In this document: positions 1 to 13,524 of the stretch, one piece after another
How the letters are laid out: each line of letters starts with the position of its first letter
How positions within the stretch are numbered: the first letter of the stretch is position 1
NCBI GenBank assembly: GCA_964016885.1
Contig: OZ024764.1
Coordinates: 23,746,001 to 23,810,000, forward strand
Source of the DNA: Eledone cirrhosa
Taxonomy: Eukaryota
Direction: 5' to 3'
Length of the DNA: 64,000 nt
Notes under the pieces: generated by a model
Database searches by the model: none
What the model was told of the DNA's origin: nothing
What the model saw: the letters and a program-made list of their open reading frames with translations, nothing else
Program-made: the position numbers and the translations under genes

Positions 1-160
1 TTATGTTGGACTGTAATATACTGGGGTATAGAGAGGCCTTAACTTGTCTTAGCCGGGCCACCCAGGGTTGTGTCATCTAGGTACCAGACAGGGGGAACTA
101 GACCATGTTGTCAACTGTCACCACCAATAGGAGTGAGGCGAGTGGGTCCCTCTGCTAGAC
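1..160 (-). mobile_element. Relic of CRE/R2-group-like non-LTR element (window-truncated copy of 10950-11440)
   Basis: Near-identical to 11278-11440 and 60161-60320; minus strand reads GDPLASLLLV (RT QGDPL-like motif). Confidence 0.45.
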
Positions 161-410
161 ACCATATATAAAACGTATTTGCTAATTACTTTAATGAATA
201 ATTTGTTTCATACGTAATTATTACTTTTAACACAATATGATTTTGTACACGTGTTTGTTTGAAAACATCTTTCAAAGAAGTATGAGACAGTCTTTTGTAG
301 TGTTTATTATAATAAATTACTGTATGTTGAGCTGTTTTAACTTCTCCACCTTCTCTTATTTCATATTGTTTTTGTAAGAAAACGAGATCTTTTTCATATA
401 TATATATGAA

Positions 411-620
411 GGCGTGTGGCTGAGTGGTTAGAGAATTGGATTCGGAATTGTGAGGTTGTGAGTTCGATTCTCAGACTGGGCGATGCGTTCTGTCCTTGAG
501 CAAGACATTTTATTTCACGTTGCTCCTTCTACCTGGAGTTGCGACCGATAGATAGTATTAGCAATTGGAAAGACCAATGGAAACATTGTTTCCTCGGTCC
601 GATTTGACGAAAAGTCGATC
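411..620 (+). mobile_element. tRNA-derived CORE-type SINE
   Basis: A-box TGGCTGAGTGG, B-box GTTCGATTC, CORE-like TGTCCTTGAGCAAGACA; preceded by (TA)n. Confidence 0.75.
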
Positions 621-1439
621 ATAAAAAATATATAGAGAGAGAAACACACAAACATACACTACTGTATTACATATGTCAGGGGAGACAACTCTCGTTACAT
701 CCACCTTTCTTTTTGATATACGTCCTTTAAATACTTTCTTCAATGGAACCTGCTTTATTTCGTGTCCTAAGTAGATTTCTGTTTAACTATTTACGAGATT
801 CACAATGATTCACGTAACCAAGTTACTTACATAGAGATATATTTCACATAGAATCACAACAAATGAAAATATTAAGTCAACACTCTGTCAATCAGTCTCA
901 CATCACATGGGGTGCTGGAGTCTCCCTCTAATACTTTCTGAGACAGTCTTACCTCGAGTGATAGCAAGGCTAAGATGTTGGAACTACCAAACACCCTCAT
1001 ATCTATCACCTGACACCTCGGTAAGGAGAGCTGCCAACGATAACAAGAACCTCGTTGTCAGGGACCTATCTCCTCCAAACTTCTCCAACACCACAGACTA
1101 GAATATTCTACTCTTTATTCCCTATTAAATATATTTCAGTCTAGTAATTTACTTGTATCTTGTATATATATTTTCAAAACTAACTGTCACATTTGTGAGA
1201 CCCCAGTTAGTGATGTTTTTGTCTCCCTCCCACATCCTACATGCTGTAGTAAAAGTGAGGGTCACTGCTTCTGTAGAGGAACGAAATAAAAGATAAACTA
1301 CCAGTAATTATAAACTACCAGTAATTAAGGAAAGATAATTATTTCCCAGCTAACTGGAGAAATGTGTAGCTCTAATAAACTCCGATAATCCTGTCTCCCA
1401 CTTCTTTATCTACAAATCTAGTCATTTCCTGCTACTTTG

Positions 1440-2080
1440 TTCCCTGGGGTATGCCGTAGTATTTGACACCATCTATCTGTCTTACTCCCTAACTAGAAAG
1501 AAGTCAATCTGTCTCATGTGCTCACCTGATTGGTAGGTTATTAGGTGGTTGGTAGGTTTCTTGAAGTGTTGCAAATGGTTAGTTCACTTGCATCACAAAA
1601 TACAAGAAGCCTCACTCCTTCTTCATTTCTTGAGCCATAACCATGACCACCATGTACCCCAGTGTATCCATCCTGGAGCTGTCCAACATGACCATTGAAG
1701 TCCCCTGCTATTATAACTAGATCTCTGTCCTCTGTCATTGTGGTTATCTCTACTTATTCCTTTTCTACATATGGAGCAGGGCCACTTTCCTGAAGGTGTC
1801 AGGGTCTTCTCTCCTATCCATTAGCACTTTAGTTTTGGCTAAGTATATTCTCAGAACTTACCATTTCAAATTCTATATCTATAGTTGGTCATCTACATAG
1901 AGAAGTTTCCATAGACTGCCAGTCTTAAACCTCTCTGTTATGGCTTGGAGAACTATGATGAACAACAGTGGGCTAAGAACTAAACCATGATGAACTCCTA
2001 CCTGTACCTTCAATTCTTCACTAGACACACTTTACTGACAGCTTCTCACAAGCCATTCTTCTACACCTAATTTCCTTAAC
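1440..2080 (-). mobile_element. Decayed RTE LINE fragments (APE endonuclease piece and RT piece)
   Basis: ORF 1541..1738 has GDFNGHVG...GYGSRNEEG; downstream piece reads LSPLLFIIVLQAITE; orthologous to 17307-17930. Confidence 0.85.
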
Positions 2081-2149
2081 CCTTTAGTATATAAACTGGC
2101 CATATCTGGCCAGAATTCTCCCACATCTTTCTGTTCAAACTGGCCGTAA

Positions 2150-4066
2150 TTAAATAATAATAATAATAATGAAATTATTGTGTACAGTGCTCAGGTGCAC
2201 TACAACTCATCAAAGGTGCATGTATAGTACATAGAATAATGTACAAATGTCAGGAAAATGAACAGTGTATGAGTCATGATATAATAACAATAATGAAATA
2301 TTGTGTATAGTGCCCAGGTGCACCACAACTCATCAAAAAAGTGCATGTACAGTACATAGGGCAATGCACAAACATCAGTAAAATGAACAGTGCACGAGTC
2401 ATGATACACACGTGTGCATGTGTATGGAAGGGGTACATCAGGTGTAGTTTTGGCGTATTTCGGGAAGCTTGAGTGTCTTAAAGGATGCAGTGTCTCAGCA
2501 GCTAACAACTGACGCAGGCAGTTTGTTCCCTACTTCAGCAACTCTGAGCGTGAAAAAATGTCTACGAAAGTCATGGGAGCTGTGCTGTTTTCTGATCTTG
2601 TAGGCATGTCCACGTGTGTTAGACACATGGAGATCAAAGAGGCGCTCTGGGTTGTAATTGGCGAGATGGTTAAAAACTTTGTGGGTATTCACCAAGTCCA
2701 TTGCCAGACGTCGGAGCTTCAATGAATTCATGCCCAGGGAAGCAAGGCGTTCATAGTATGGTAGGTGTCTGATGGAGGGTATGTGCTTGGTTGCACGTCT
2801 CTGAACAATTTCCAGGAGGTCAATGTTCTGAGCAAGATAGGGGTTCCAGACTGATGATGCGAATTCCAAGTGTGGTCGTACCATAGCTGTATACAGTTTT
2901 AAATAGATGGCTGGAGAGCGGCTAACAAAGGTCTTGCTGAGTGATGCCAAGACACCCTCGGCCTTCTTGACAATCTTAGAGACATGCTTTGTCCAACACA
3001 AATCGTTGCTGACAGTAATGCCCAGGTCACGTTCACAAGAGGACTTTTTGATATCAGTGTTGTGGAGGGAGTATGTGGACGCTGGATTTTTCCTTCCAAA
3101 ATGCATGGTGGTACACTTGTCCACAGCCAGCTTCAGTTGCCAGTCTGTGATCCATTGCTGCATTGTGTCCAGGTCTGATTGTAGGAAAGAGTTGTAAATT
3201 TCAGGATCAGTCCTTTTGATTTCAGGGTACAGCTTGATGTCATCTGCATATTTCAGTACCGTGGCATTCTGTAAGTTGGCATCTATGTCATTAATATATG
3301 CCACAAACAAAAGAGGACCAAGAACAGATCCCTGTGGTAGACCAGATGACATCTCATATGGTGAAGAATGCTGTCCTAGAACCGTGACTACTTCCTTTCG
3401 GCTGAGAATGAAGGATTTCAACCAGTCGAGAAGATCATCCCTCACACCCATTGCAGAGAGTTTTGCCATAAGTCTTTTGTGTGGCACAGAATTAAAAGCC
3501 TTAGCAAAGTCAAGGTAAACAAGATCCACCCATGAGCCGCTGTCAGTGATCCGGGTGATGTCCTCAAGGAACTCGATAAGCTGATCACAGCAGCTGGAGT
3601 TAGGGATAAATCCAAACTGTGAGGGCCAGATGAGGCTGTGAGAGCTCCAGAAGTTCCAAAGTGTTTCTCTGACACAGGATTCCATCAGTTTGGCCATACA
3701 GCTAGTAAGACTGACTGGACGATAGTTGACAGGTGACATGCGGTTGCCCTTTTTGAACAGGGGAATGACACTGGCAGTTTTCCACTGCTCCGGAGTAGCA
3801 CCATTGTTGAGACAGTATTGAAAGAAGAAAGAAAGCTGGCGCAAAAGGAAATACCCGCCACGTTTGAGAAGCAGGTATGTCACACCATCAAGACCAGGGG
3901 AGGCATAGTTGCGCTTATTCTTAAGGTGACTTCGCAACATTGCAGGTGTAAATTCCATAGTTGTTATGGAATTTGATGTTAGAGATGGTGGAGATGGTAC
4001 ATTGTGGTTTTCAACAGTAAAAATACTTGCATAGCACTCAGCAATGAGTTCTGCGCATTCCTTGAT
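2150..4066 (-). mobile_element. 5'-truncated CR1/L2-group LINE, specific to unit A
   Basis: Absent from the empty site gccgtaa-ctggtcac in the other three units; (TTA)n 3' tail at 2150-2170; frame open up to the truncation point (IKECAELIAECYASIFTVE). Confidence 0.9.
2495..3958 (-). CDS. CR1-type reverse transcriptase ORF2 fragment (487 aa)
   Basis: NYRPVSLTS, QFGF, VYLDFAKAF, PQGSVLGPLLF, KYADD, VRPHLEFASSVWNP. Confidence 0.9.
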   Translation of the reverse strand: MEFTPAMLRSHLKNKRNYASPGLDGVTYLLLKRGGYFLLRQLSFFFQYCLNNGATPEQWKTASVIPLFKKGNRMSPVNYRPVSLTSCMAKLMESCVRETLWNFWSSHSLIWPSQFGFIPNSSCCDQLIEFLEDITRITDSGSWVDLVYLDFAKAFNSVPHKRLMAKLSAMGVRDDLLDWLKSFILSRKEVVTVLGQHSSPYEMSSGLPQGSVLGPLLFVAYINDIDANLQNATVLKYADDIKLYPEIKRTDPEIYNSFLQSDLDTMQQWITDWQLKLAVDKCTTMHFGRKNPASTYSLHNTDIKKSSCERDLGITVSNDLCWTKHVSKIVKKAEGVLASLSKTFVSRSPAIYLKLYTAMVRPHLEFASSVWNPYLAQNIDLLEIVQRRATKHIPSIRHLPYYERLASLGMNSLKLRRLAMDLVNTHKVFNHLANYNPERLFDLHVSNTRGHAYKIRKQHSSHDFRRHFFTLRVAEVGNKLPASVVSC

Positions 4067-4205
4067 TGGTCACTTATACTTATGTTAAGGTATTGTTCTC
4101 AAAATAAATAACATGAAAATCTCATAGATTTGATATTATGTGAGATAAAGCATTTACTGTGAAAATATAATAGTAAATATAGAGTAATGTGAATACTAAA
4201 GGGTT

Positions 4206-4541
4206 AATCTAATGTCACTAATAACTACTTTTATCAGTCAGTTTAATCTAATGTCACTAATAACTACTTTTATCAGTCAGTATAATCTAATGTCACTAAT
4301 AACTACTTTTATCAGTCAGTATAATCTAATGTCACTAATAACTACTTTTATCAGTCAGTTTAATCTAATCTCACTAATAACTACTTTTATCTGTCAGTAT
4401 AATCTAATGTCACTAATAACTACTTTTATCAGTCACTTTAATCTAATGTCACTAATAACTACTTTTATCTGTCAGTATAATCTAATGTCACTAATAACTA
4501 CTTTTATCAGTCAGTATAATCTACTACCACTAATAACTAAC
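4206..4541. repeat. 39-bp intronic minisatellite, ~8.6 copies
   Basis: Unit AATCTAATGTCACTAATAACTACTTTTATCAGTCAGTWT. Confidence 0.95.
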
Positions 4542-4876
4542 CTATGTTAGGCAGCACATTCTTCACCAAAGAAGGCCTTAGTATTTATTACAGTCCATTT
4601 ATCAATATAGAAATATTATATGAAATTTGTACTGATGTATTACAAGTTTCTGAGTATCTTATAATGTTCTTTTATTATTTCAGAATACCAGAGGACATTG
4701 GCATTAAAGAGCACGTTACATCAGACATATTCTCAACATTAACCATTTCTAATGAAAGACACTACCCATCATTTTCAAATAATTTTGAAAACACTCAACA
4801 CTTTGAAGGGATTTAATAATATAACTAAATTTCTCAGTATTAAGCTGTGAATTATGTGAAAAACTGACGTGATTGA

Positions 4877-5842
<966 letters not shown>

Positions 5843-6470
5843 CTGTATCAATATCAAACTCATTACATCATACTACAACAACAACAATTGTGTAGATCCA
5901 TCATCCTTGCTAAAACTGGGGTTAACCTTGTAGGTTTTACCTATGACAGGGATCATAAACACCAGGTTTCCATTTTTGAAGCAGTGTTTGAAGATTTTGT
6001 GTAAATTAAAGTTTTTCACATTAAACTTTGATTTATTATACTTTAACAGGTAAGATATATATTTGTATTTTTAGTAAAGGTTTGGAACTTCTGTAATTTA
6101 AACCTGCCAATTAAATGAAAACTTTTGTTGTTGCTAGTTAGACATTGATATTAATTCTATTGTCCTGTACATTGTCTCAAATATCACAGATTAAACAGAT
6201 TTTAACAATATCAACAGAAATCAATAACTTGTAAATCTAGCTTCCATTTTAACTATTTGATATTGTTGTTCCCCTCCTGTCTCTTCAGGTCTTTTAGATT
6301 TCAACTTCTATTTACTGGACTATTCCATCACCAAGGCAACATTCATCTGGCTGGCAGCTTACATCAACTACAAATCTCATCAGTGGTTCACAACAGGCTG
6401 GCTGAAAGAAACTTGCAGATATCTTCTATGTCATAGCTATCAATATCCTCCTCCTTATCATATGTACCAG

Positions 6471-6812
6471 TCTCACAGTCCCTCTAGATCTTATATTTAA
6501 GAGGGAGATCTTTTACTGTCCCTACACTTTTATCAAGATAGTCTTGTACCACTCTCACAGTCCCTATAGATCTTATATTTAACAAGGAGATCTTTTACTA
6601 CGTGTACCCTTTTCTCTAGGTTTTCTTGTACCTCTCTCACAGTCCCTCAAGATCTTATATTTCACAGGCAGATCTTTTACTGTCCATACCCTTTTCTCTA
6701 GGTTGTCTTGTACCTCTCACAGTCCCTCTAGATCTTATATTTAACGGAGATCTTTTACTCTCCAACCCTTCTATCTCCAGATAGTCTTGTATCTGTCAGT
6801 CCCTCTAGATCT
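6471..6812. repeat. 82-bp minisatellite, ~4 copies
   Basis: Repeating TCTCACAGTCCCTCTAGATCTTATATTTAACAGGGAGATCTTTTACTG... Confidence 0.9.
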
Positions 6813-7480
6813 TACACCTAGTATCTAGTCTATGTTGAGTGGTACGTCCTTCTCCAGTAAAGGAGTTAATATTCACAACCATCTGTCTATCCTGTTTTCT
6901 GATGAGAATGAAGTCAATCTAGTTTATCTCTTCACCTGATTGAAGTAACTAGATGTTTTCCTGTAAGTTAGTGTTGCAGTGTTTGTGTCACCATGTAAGG
7001 TTTATATCTATTAATATAGAGATGTAGTAAAGTTTTCACTGTTGTATCTCTACTTTCTAAATATCTTAATAATGTTTCTCTACTATTTCAGAATATCACA
7101 TGACCTTGACAGAAAAGATTCTTTTAAAGACAACAGAAAGATGTTACATACAAGTGATATAAACTTGTTTAGTCTGTGGTGAATTATGGTGAAATATTTC
7201 TTCTGAATTGAGATAAATAACAACATTTTCCTTTTTCACTGTCTGGAATATTTACAAGATGATTTTACATTCTGATTAAACTTTGGATATTTACAAATGA
7301 GTTTTCAAAATATTTGGATATTGACAAAGATCACATTAGGGAATACTGTTATTGTGTGAAAGTTTTCTAAATCTTCTTCAGCCACTAACATGGAGAAGAT
7401 ATTTCAGTAAGAAGGTTCACATCCTGACATCTATAGCTGTTAACAATGAGATTGGAATTCATTATTAAACAAATGTTATA

Positions 7481-8150
7481 TCATCATCATTGTTTAACAT
7501 CAGTTTTTTCACGCTGGCATGGGTTAGACGAGTTATCCTGTTGTAAGCAAGGCCAGGTCAGGTGATCACGTGTTGCTCCTACAGAACAAATTTTGGATTG
7601 GTTTCTACAGCTGGATGCCCTTCCTAGCACCAACCTTATTTACATTGAGTACTGGGTGCATTTTACCATCTCACCATCACGACCTCTTTACAGTGTGGGC
7701 TGGGTGCTTTTTGTTGTGACACCTACATAACCACTTTACAGTGTGGGCTGGGTGCTTTTTGTAGTGACACCTACATGACCACTTTATAGTGTGGACTGGG
7801 TACTTTTTGTTGTGACACCAACATGACCATTTTAAAGTTTTGGCTGGGTACTTTTTGTTGTCACCTACATGACCACTTTACAGTGTGGGCTGGGTACTTT
7901 TTGCCGTGACACCTATGCGACCGCTTTACAGTGTGGGCTGGTTTCTTTTTGTCATATCACCTACATGATCACCTTATAGTGTTGGCTGTGTGTTATTTGC
8001 AGTGTGGGCTGGTTTCTTTTTGTCATATCACCTACATGACCACCTTATAATGTTGACTGTGTGGGTTGGGTGCTTTTTCTCATATCTCCTACCCAACCAC
8101 TTTGCAGTGTGGGCAGTGAAATATCAGTAATGCACCAGCTCCAATATTCA
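7481..8150 (-). mobile_element. RTE 3'-end-derived element with internal 48-bp minisatellite
   Basis: (CAT)n tail, GGATGCCCTTCCTA motif, 48-bp units TGACACCTACATGACCACTTTACAGTGTGGGCTGGG; same motifs occur in the 3' UTR of RTE 55419-57140. Confidence 0.7.
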
Positions 8151-8645
8151 GTAATCAGAAGAAGGGAGGTAGGCATAAAAGCCAAACTTGCTGTCTTCAA
8201 TTAGGTTTTTGTGCCAACCCTTACCTATGGTCACATATCTTGGGTAATGACCAAAAGAATATGATTGGGAATACAAATGGCAGATATGGGATTCCTCTGA
8301 AGGGTCTTTGAAGGAACGTTTCTCAATAAAGTGCATAGCTCTGAGATCAGAGAGTCACTCCAGGTGGAGCTGTTACTTCTCCGAATTGAGAGATCACAGC
8401 TGCAATACTATGGCTATGTGGTTAGAATGTCTGAGGAAAGAATCACTGGATAGATTTTACAGGCTAAACTAACCGGCAGGAGACCCAGGGGTAGACCTGA
8501 GCAAGATGGTCACATAACATCCATGAGCTTGGCTGGTCTCTCTGGGAGATCCAGCCACATAAGTTGGAGTGGGTTGCTTCTGACAGGACCTGTTGGAGGG
8601 AGTGTTTGAGGACTCTGCCCCCAAGACCCTCTCTGGAATAAGAAG
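8150..8645 (+). mobile_element. Decayed RTE-clade LINE ORF C-terminus
   Basis: Reads FVPTLTYGH..W....IRESLQVE..LLRIERSQLQYYGYVVRM...GRRPRGRP with stops; partial copy at 57270-57420. Confidence 0.7.
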
Positions 8646-9257
8646 AGGTTGAGGTTACAAAATCAACATCAGATTTCCCTGCTAGCAAGGGTTTAATGAG
8701 TCTACTTCAACCAAGTAAGTACTGAAGTGAGGCTACTGATCTCTAGACAGACCAAGGATCTGAGACTTATTTACATAAGGTCTCATTTGCTACTGAGTGC
8801 ACAGAAAAGGTTGTCATGTCTTTGTCATGATTAAAGGGTTCTCCGACACTATTGTTGGGCAAGCTTTCTATGGCTAGATGTCCTTCACATGACCAACCAC
8901 ATTACAGCCTGTGTTGGGTGTGTTTATCATGTAGGTGAGGCATAACAAACTGAGGGTTGCCCAAGGTCCACATAGATCACATGTGTTGTCTGAGGGTTGC
9001 ACACTGCAACTAATTATGTACACAACAACTAATTAAAGTCATTTAATAAAATATATTGCAGAAAGATTTGTTACTTAAATTTAGAAACATACAATGTACA
9101 TACAAATTTTAGCAGCATTCATGAATACAAAATTAATGAAGTAGTTTGACAAAAAACTAAAATTTAACATGTCAACATATACTTGCAGATTGTAACAGCA
9201 ACAAATACATTGTACACAAATAACAACAGTTGAAAACTGAACATTTATTTGCTACTA

Positions 9258-10874
9258 TTCAACCATTTTTAGTCTTTTGTCCTGAGGCTTGACACTTCTT
9301 TCTGTTGACTATTTTAGGTATATCTGGCTGAAATGTCTGTACAGTTCCAACTTTAATCAGATGACAAGTGTTGATCAGTCAGCCTTGTTCTCTGAGAAGT
9401 TTTTGTTAATTTCATGAAGGAAAATAACTGTCCACTCACATAGGCAGAACCAAACATTGCCATAATCTTTGTGACAAACTTTCTGATGTTAATAAACTTT
9501 TCAGAAAGGTATGAAAAGAAACCAGGTATCCCCACTACAAGATACTTTGTTCTGAGTGTAGAATCTGACTGCATTTCCAATAGTCCCATCTGCAGGCGTT
9601 CTTCTGCCTTCATCAAAGGTGAATGGTGCTGAGAATAATGTAAACTGATGTTCAAAAAATGAGAAATCACAAAATCTTTCCTGAAATTAATTTAACAACA
9701 ATTCCAGGTGACTGTCATACTTAGCTAAGCTAAATACAGACTCAGTATTGGCAGTGTTTTTCAGCTCTTTGCACATAGGGAAATGAACTAAATTTTCAGC
9801 TGACAACGGAGATTTCCATAAGCTTAGATTTCTAATGAAGCACTTGATGTCATCATTCAACTGATTGATGGGTTTGTCTTTACCTTGTAATTTCAAGTTA
9901 AGATCAGTTAATTGTGCAGTAATATCCACAGCAAAAATCAGGTGTTGGAGCCAACTTTCATCTTTTATTTCATCTGTGTTTTAACCTTTTATCTCCAAAA
10001 ACACAATTATTTCTTGTCTCAACAAATAGCATCTTTTCAGCACTTTGTCACATGTCAACCAGCAGACTTCTGTGTAGAATGGAACATCGGTGAACTGATT
10101 ATCCATATCTTCTAATAGAAACATGTTCAAACCTTGATGATACAGCCTTTAACTGTTGTTTCAGATCACCTGACGTTTCATTAATCTGTTGGCAACAGTA
10201 TTCCTGGTTAATGAAATGTCTTTGAATAACTCTGCTTTCTCTGGAAAATATCAGCTGTTTTTACAAGACATTGCTTTACAAAATCTCCTTCACTGTAAGA
10301 TTTCCCACTCATGGCAATCATTTGACTGAGTTCATAGCTTGCAGTTACGGAAGTGACATCCTCTTCCTGAATTAACATAAAACAGGTCTGTTGCTGTGTC
10401 AAGTTAGACTTCAATTCCTTGATTCTTGAACCACACATTGGGCCTTCATATTTATCGTAAGAACGAGGGTTTGTTTCATGATGTCTTTTTGAATTGTACT
10501 CTTTTGGCCTGGCGATGTAGTTGTTGCAAATTAAACAGTATATCTTTCTGTTCACCATTGGACAAAAATACTGTAATTCCCACTTTTCTTGAAACACTTG
10601 CCCTTCTTCGTTCAATTTCCTTTTTCTCTTAGCTGGAGGAGCACTAACCATTTCAAAAACGAAATCTTTTGAAATTTTGAAAGAAAGTTTTCTGTTAATG
10701 AGCTGCACGTGATTAATGGAAGTTAAAAGTAGTTGACAAAATTTGCAAAAAAATAATAATTGTATCGAAAATGTTTTAAATTTTATATTACGAAAATGAA
10801 ACATGCTCGCACTGTAAAAACCTTAGTGTGGGCCGCAGGTTTGCTAGCAAGGGGCTGCATGTCTGACATGTCTG
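9258..10874 (-). mobile_element. hAT (Charlie/Buster/SPIN-like) DNA transposon relic
   Basis: ORFs FQEKWELQYF..CLIC..KRHHET and DITAQLTDLNLKLQGK, MFGSAY..QLFS.MK; terminus CAGACATGTCAGACATGCAGCCC. Confidence 0.85.
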
Positions 10875-10949
10875 ATGTAGGTTACCAACACTAGGGAGGG
10901 CAGCATGTCCTTCAGTGTGTTCTGCTACATTAACTACCTGGAGGTCACC

Positions 10950-11440
10950 ACATGACACAAAGACTACATTTCAAAGAAGGGTCATAAAAGAACTAAATAC
11001 GAAAGTACCCACAGCAACAAGCAAATAATTGAGCTTTGGGTCTAGGTCAAGGGGGCAGAAGTGCTGCGCCCTGTGGATAAGACTGGAAAAGTATTCGCCG
11101 CGGACGATGGACAGTGACACCCACTGCAACAGCCACCCCAACCTCATGGGACTCCCTCTTCAGAAGGGCCACCAACGTTCTGATCTTACAGAGGAGCTTG
11201 GCAGTACGGGGTCCAAGTACTTCTGAGGTCTCGATGGTGACCGGTGTGAAGAGACCTACAATTGATGTCATCCCAGTTATGTTGGACTGTAATATACTGG
11301 GGTATAGAGAGGCCTTAATCTGTCTCAGCCGGGCCACCCAGGGTTGTGTCATCTAGGTACCAGACAGGGGGAACTAGACCATGTTGTCAACTGTCAGCAC
11401 CAATAGGAGTGAGGCGAGTGGGTCCCCTTGCTAGACACCA
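10950..11440 (-). mobile_element. CRE/R2-group-like non-LTR relic (RT motif joined to restriction-like endonuclease tail)
   Basis: GDPLASLLLVLTVD followed by FTPVTIETSEVLGPRTAKLL. Confidence 0.5.
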
Positions 11441-11687
11441 TATATAAAAACGTATTTGCTAATTACTTTAATGAATAATTTGTTTCATACGTAATTATTA
11501 CTTTTAACACAATAGGATTTTGTACACGTGTTTGTTTGAAAACATCTTTCAAAGAAGTATGAGACAGTCTTTTGTAGTGTTTATTATAATAAATTACTGT
11601 ATGTTGAGCTGTTTTAACTTCTCCACCTTCCATTATTTTATATTGTTTTTGTAAAAAAACGAGATCTTTTTCATATATATATATGAA

Positions 11688-11897
11688 GGCGTGTGGCTGA
11701 GTGGTTAGAGAATTGGATTCGGAGTTGTGAGGTTGTGAGTTCGATTCTCAGACTGGGCGATGCGTTATGTCCTTGAGCAAGACATTTTATTTCACGTTGC
11801 TCCTTCTACCTGGAGTTGCAACCGATAGATAGTATTAGCAATTGGAAAGACCAATGGAAACATTGTTTCCTCGGTCCGATTTGACGAAAAGTTGATC
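11688..11897 (+). mobile_element. tRNA-derived CORE-type SINE (paralogous to 411-620)
   Basis: Same A/B boxes and flanks. Confidence 0.75.
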
Positions 11898-12860
11898 ATA
11901 AAAAATATATATATAGAGAGAGAGAGAAACACACAAACATACACTACTGTATTACATATGTAAAGGGAGATAACTCTCGTTACATCCCTCCTTCTTTTTG
12001 ATATACGTACTTTAAATACTTTGTTCAATGGAATCTGCTTTATTTTGTACTAAGTAGATTTCTGTTTAAGTATTTACGAGATTCACAATGATTCACGTAA
12101 CCAAGTTACTTACATAGAGATATATTTCACATAGAATCACAACAAATGAAAATATTAAGTCAACACTCTGTCAATCAGTCTCACATCACATGGGGTGCCG
12201 GAGTCTCCCTCTAATACTTTCTGAGACAGTCTTACCTCGAGTGATAGCAAGGCTAAGATGTTGGAACTACCAAACACCCTCATATGTATGACCTGACACC
12301 TCGGTAAGGAGAGCTGCCAACGATAACAAGAACCTCGTTGTCAGGGACCTATCTCCTCCAAACTTCTCCAACACCACAGACTAGAATATTCTACTCTTTA
12401 TTCCCTATCAAATATATTTCAGTCTTGTATCTTGTATATGTATTTTCAAAACTAACTGTCACATTTGTGAGACCCCAGTTAGTGATGTTTTCGTCTCCCT
12501 CCCACATCCTACATGCTGTAGTAAAAGTGAGGGTCACTGCTTCTGTAGACGAACAAAATAAAAGTTAAACTACCAGTAATTATCGGCAAAGTATTTATTC
12601 CAGTCTGTGATGTTTGAGAAGCTGGGCTGCTGACAACGAAGTTGTTGTCACTGTTGGCGGCTGGCTTTACCGAAGGACCCGATGACTCTTGTGAGGGTAC
12701 TTAGCTGTTCTGGCAACTTAGCCCCCATATGACCCGATCTTACCGAGATACACGGTGATCTCTGTAAGCGTACTTAGCTGTTCTATTTTAATTTCATTTA
12801 CTGATTTCAACTTCATTTTTATATTACAAACTTTACAGAATTTAATTCCGTAAAAATATT

Positions 12861-12993
12861 TTACGTCACAAAAAATCATTGAAGCATGCGCAGTGGTGCA
12901 GTTGTCTACTTCCTGTCCACGTGTTAGTCTTCCTACAACATCATTTAAAAAACATTTCTGTAAATACTAAACACCTGAGACTATAATGTAAGT
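12861..12993 (+). promoter_or_regulatory. Putative promoter, non-coding exon 1 and donor of ZNF-B
   Basis: TTACGTCA (CRE-like), GCATGCGCA (NRF1-like), ACTTCCTG (ETS), CACGTG (E-box) within 65 bp; donor AAT|GTAAGT at 12988; conserved in four units. Confidence 0.7.
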
Positions 12994-13524
12994 ATTATGT
13001 CTATTAATATTGTAGATTTAAGCTCACTTTTCACATCACAAATATATATTTTCTTGTTTGTTTCATTACTGGAAATATAAAATGTTATCGTAATTATCTA
13101 TATTTTACCTACCTCTAATTAATTAAAGTGAAAACTTTTGTTGTTGCTGAAAAATAAATTAACAAAACTAAATATTTAAATATTCTAAAGGTCGTTTTTA
13201 TATTATGTGATGATATAATTAATATATTTTATTACAATTGTATAAATTTACAGTAGAATAACGTTGTAAATATGTTTTAAATATATACATAAATAACATA
13301 AGTGTGTAAATAACATTATAAATTGCTGGCAATTCCTTGAGAAAGACATTACAAATATATTGTCTAAACTGTGTATAATAATATAATTTATTGAACGATA
13401 ATGATAAAGGAAAGAAAAACACAGTGGGAGATGGCAATTCACCACCAAGTGTGATAATAGAACACACCTCACACCTTAGGGGTTAACTACACACTTTGAG
13501 GCAAGCCAACACACTGGCAGCATT

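Noticed and set aside
411-485. Possible tRNA gene
   Set aside because: No complete cloverleaf visible; continues into a CORE-like SINE body
907-1101. 64-aa ORF recurring in several units
   Set aside because: Broken by stops in the copies at ~12190 and ~44077; no recognisable domain
4212-4550. ORFs of repeated MSLITTFISQFNL (also 18149-18448)
   Set aside because: Translation of the stop-free 39-bp intronic minisatellite; length varies among units
4544-4816. 90-aa ORF repeated before each ZNF
   Set aside because: Straddles the putative acceptor and is truncated in C and D; recurrence explained by duplication
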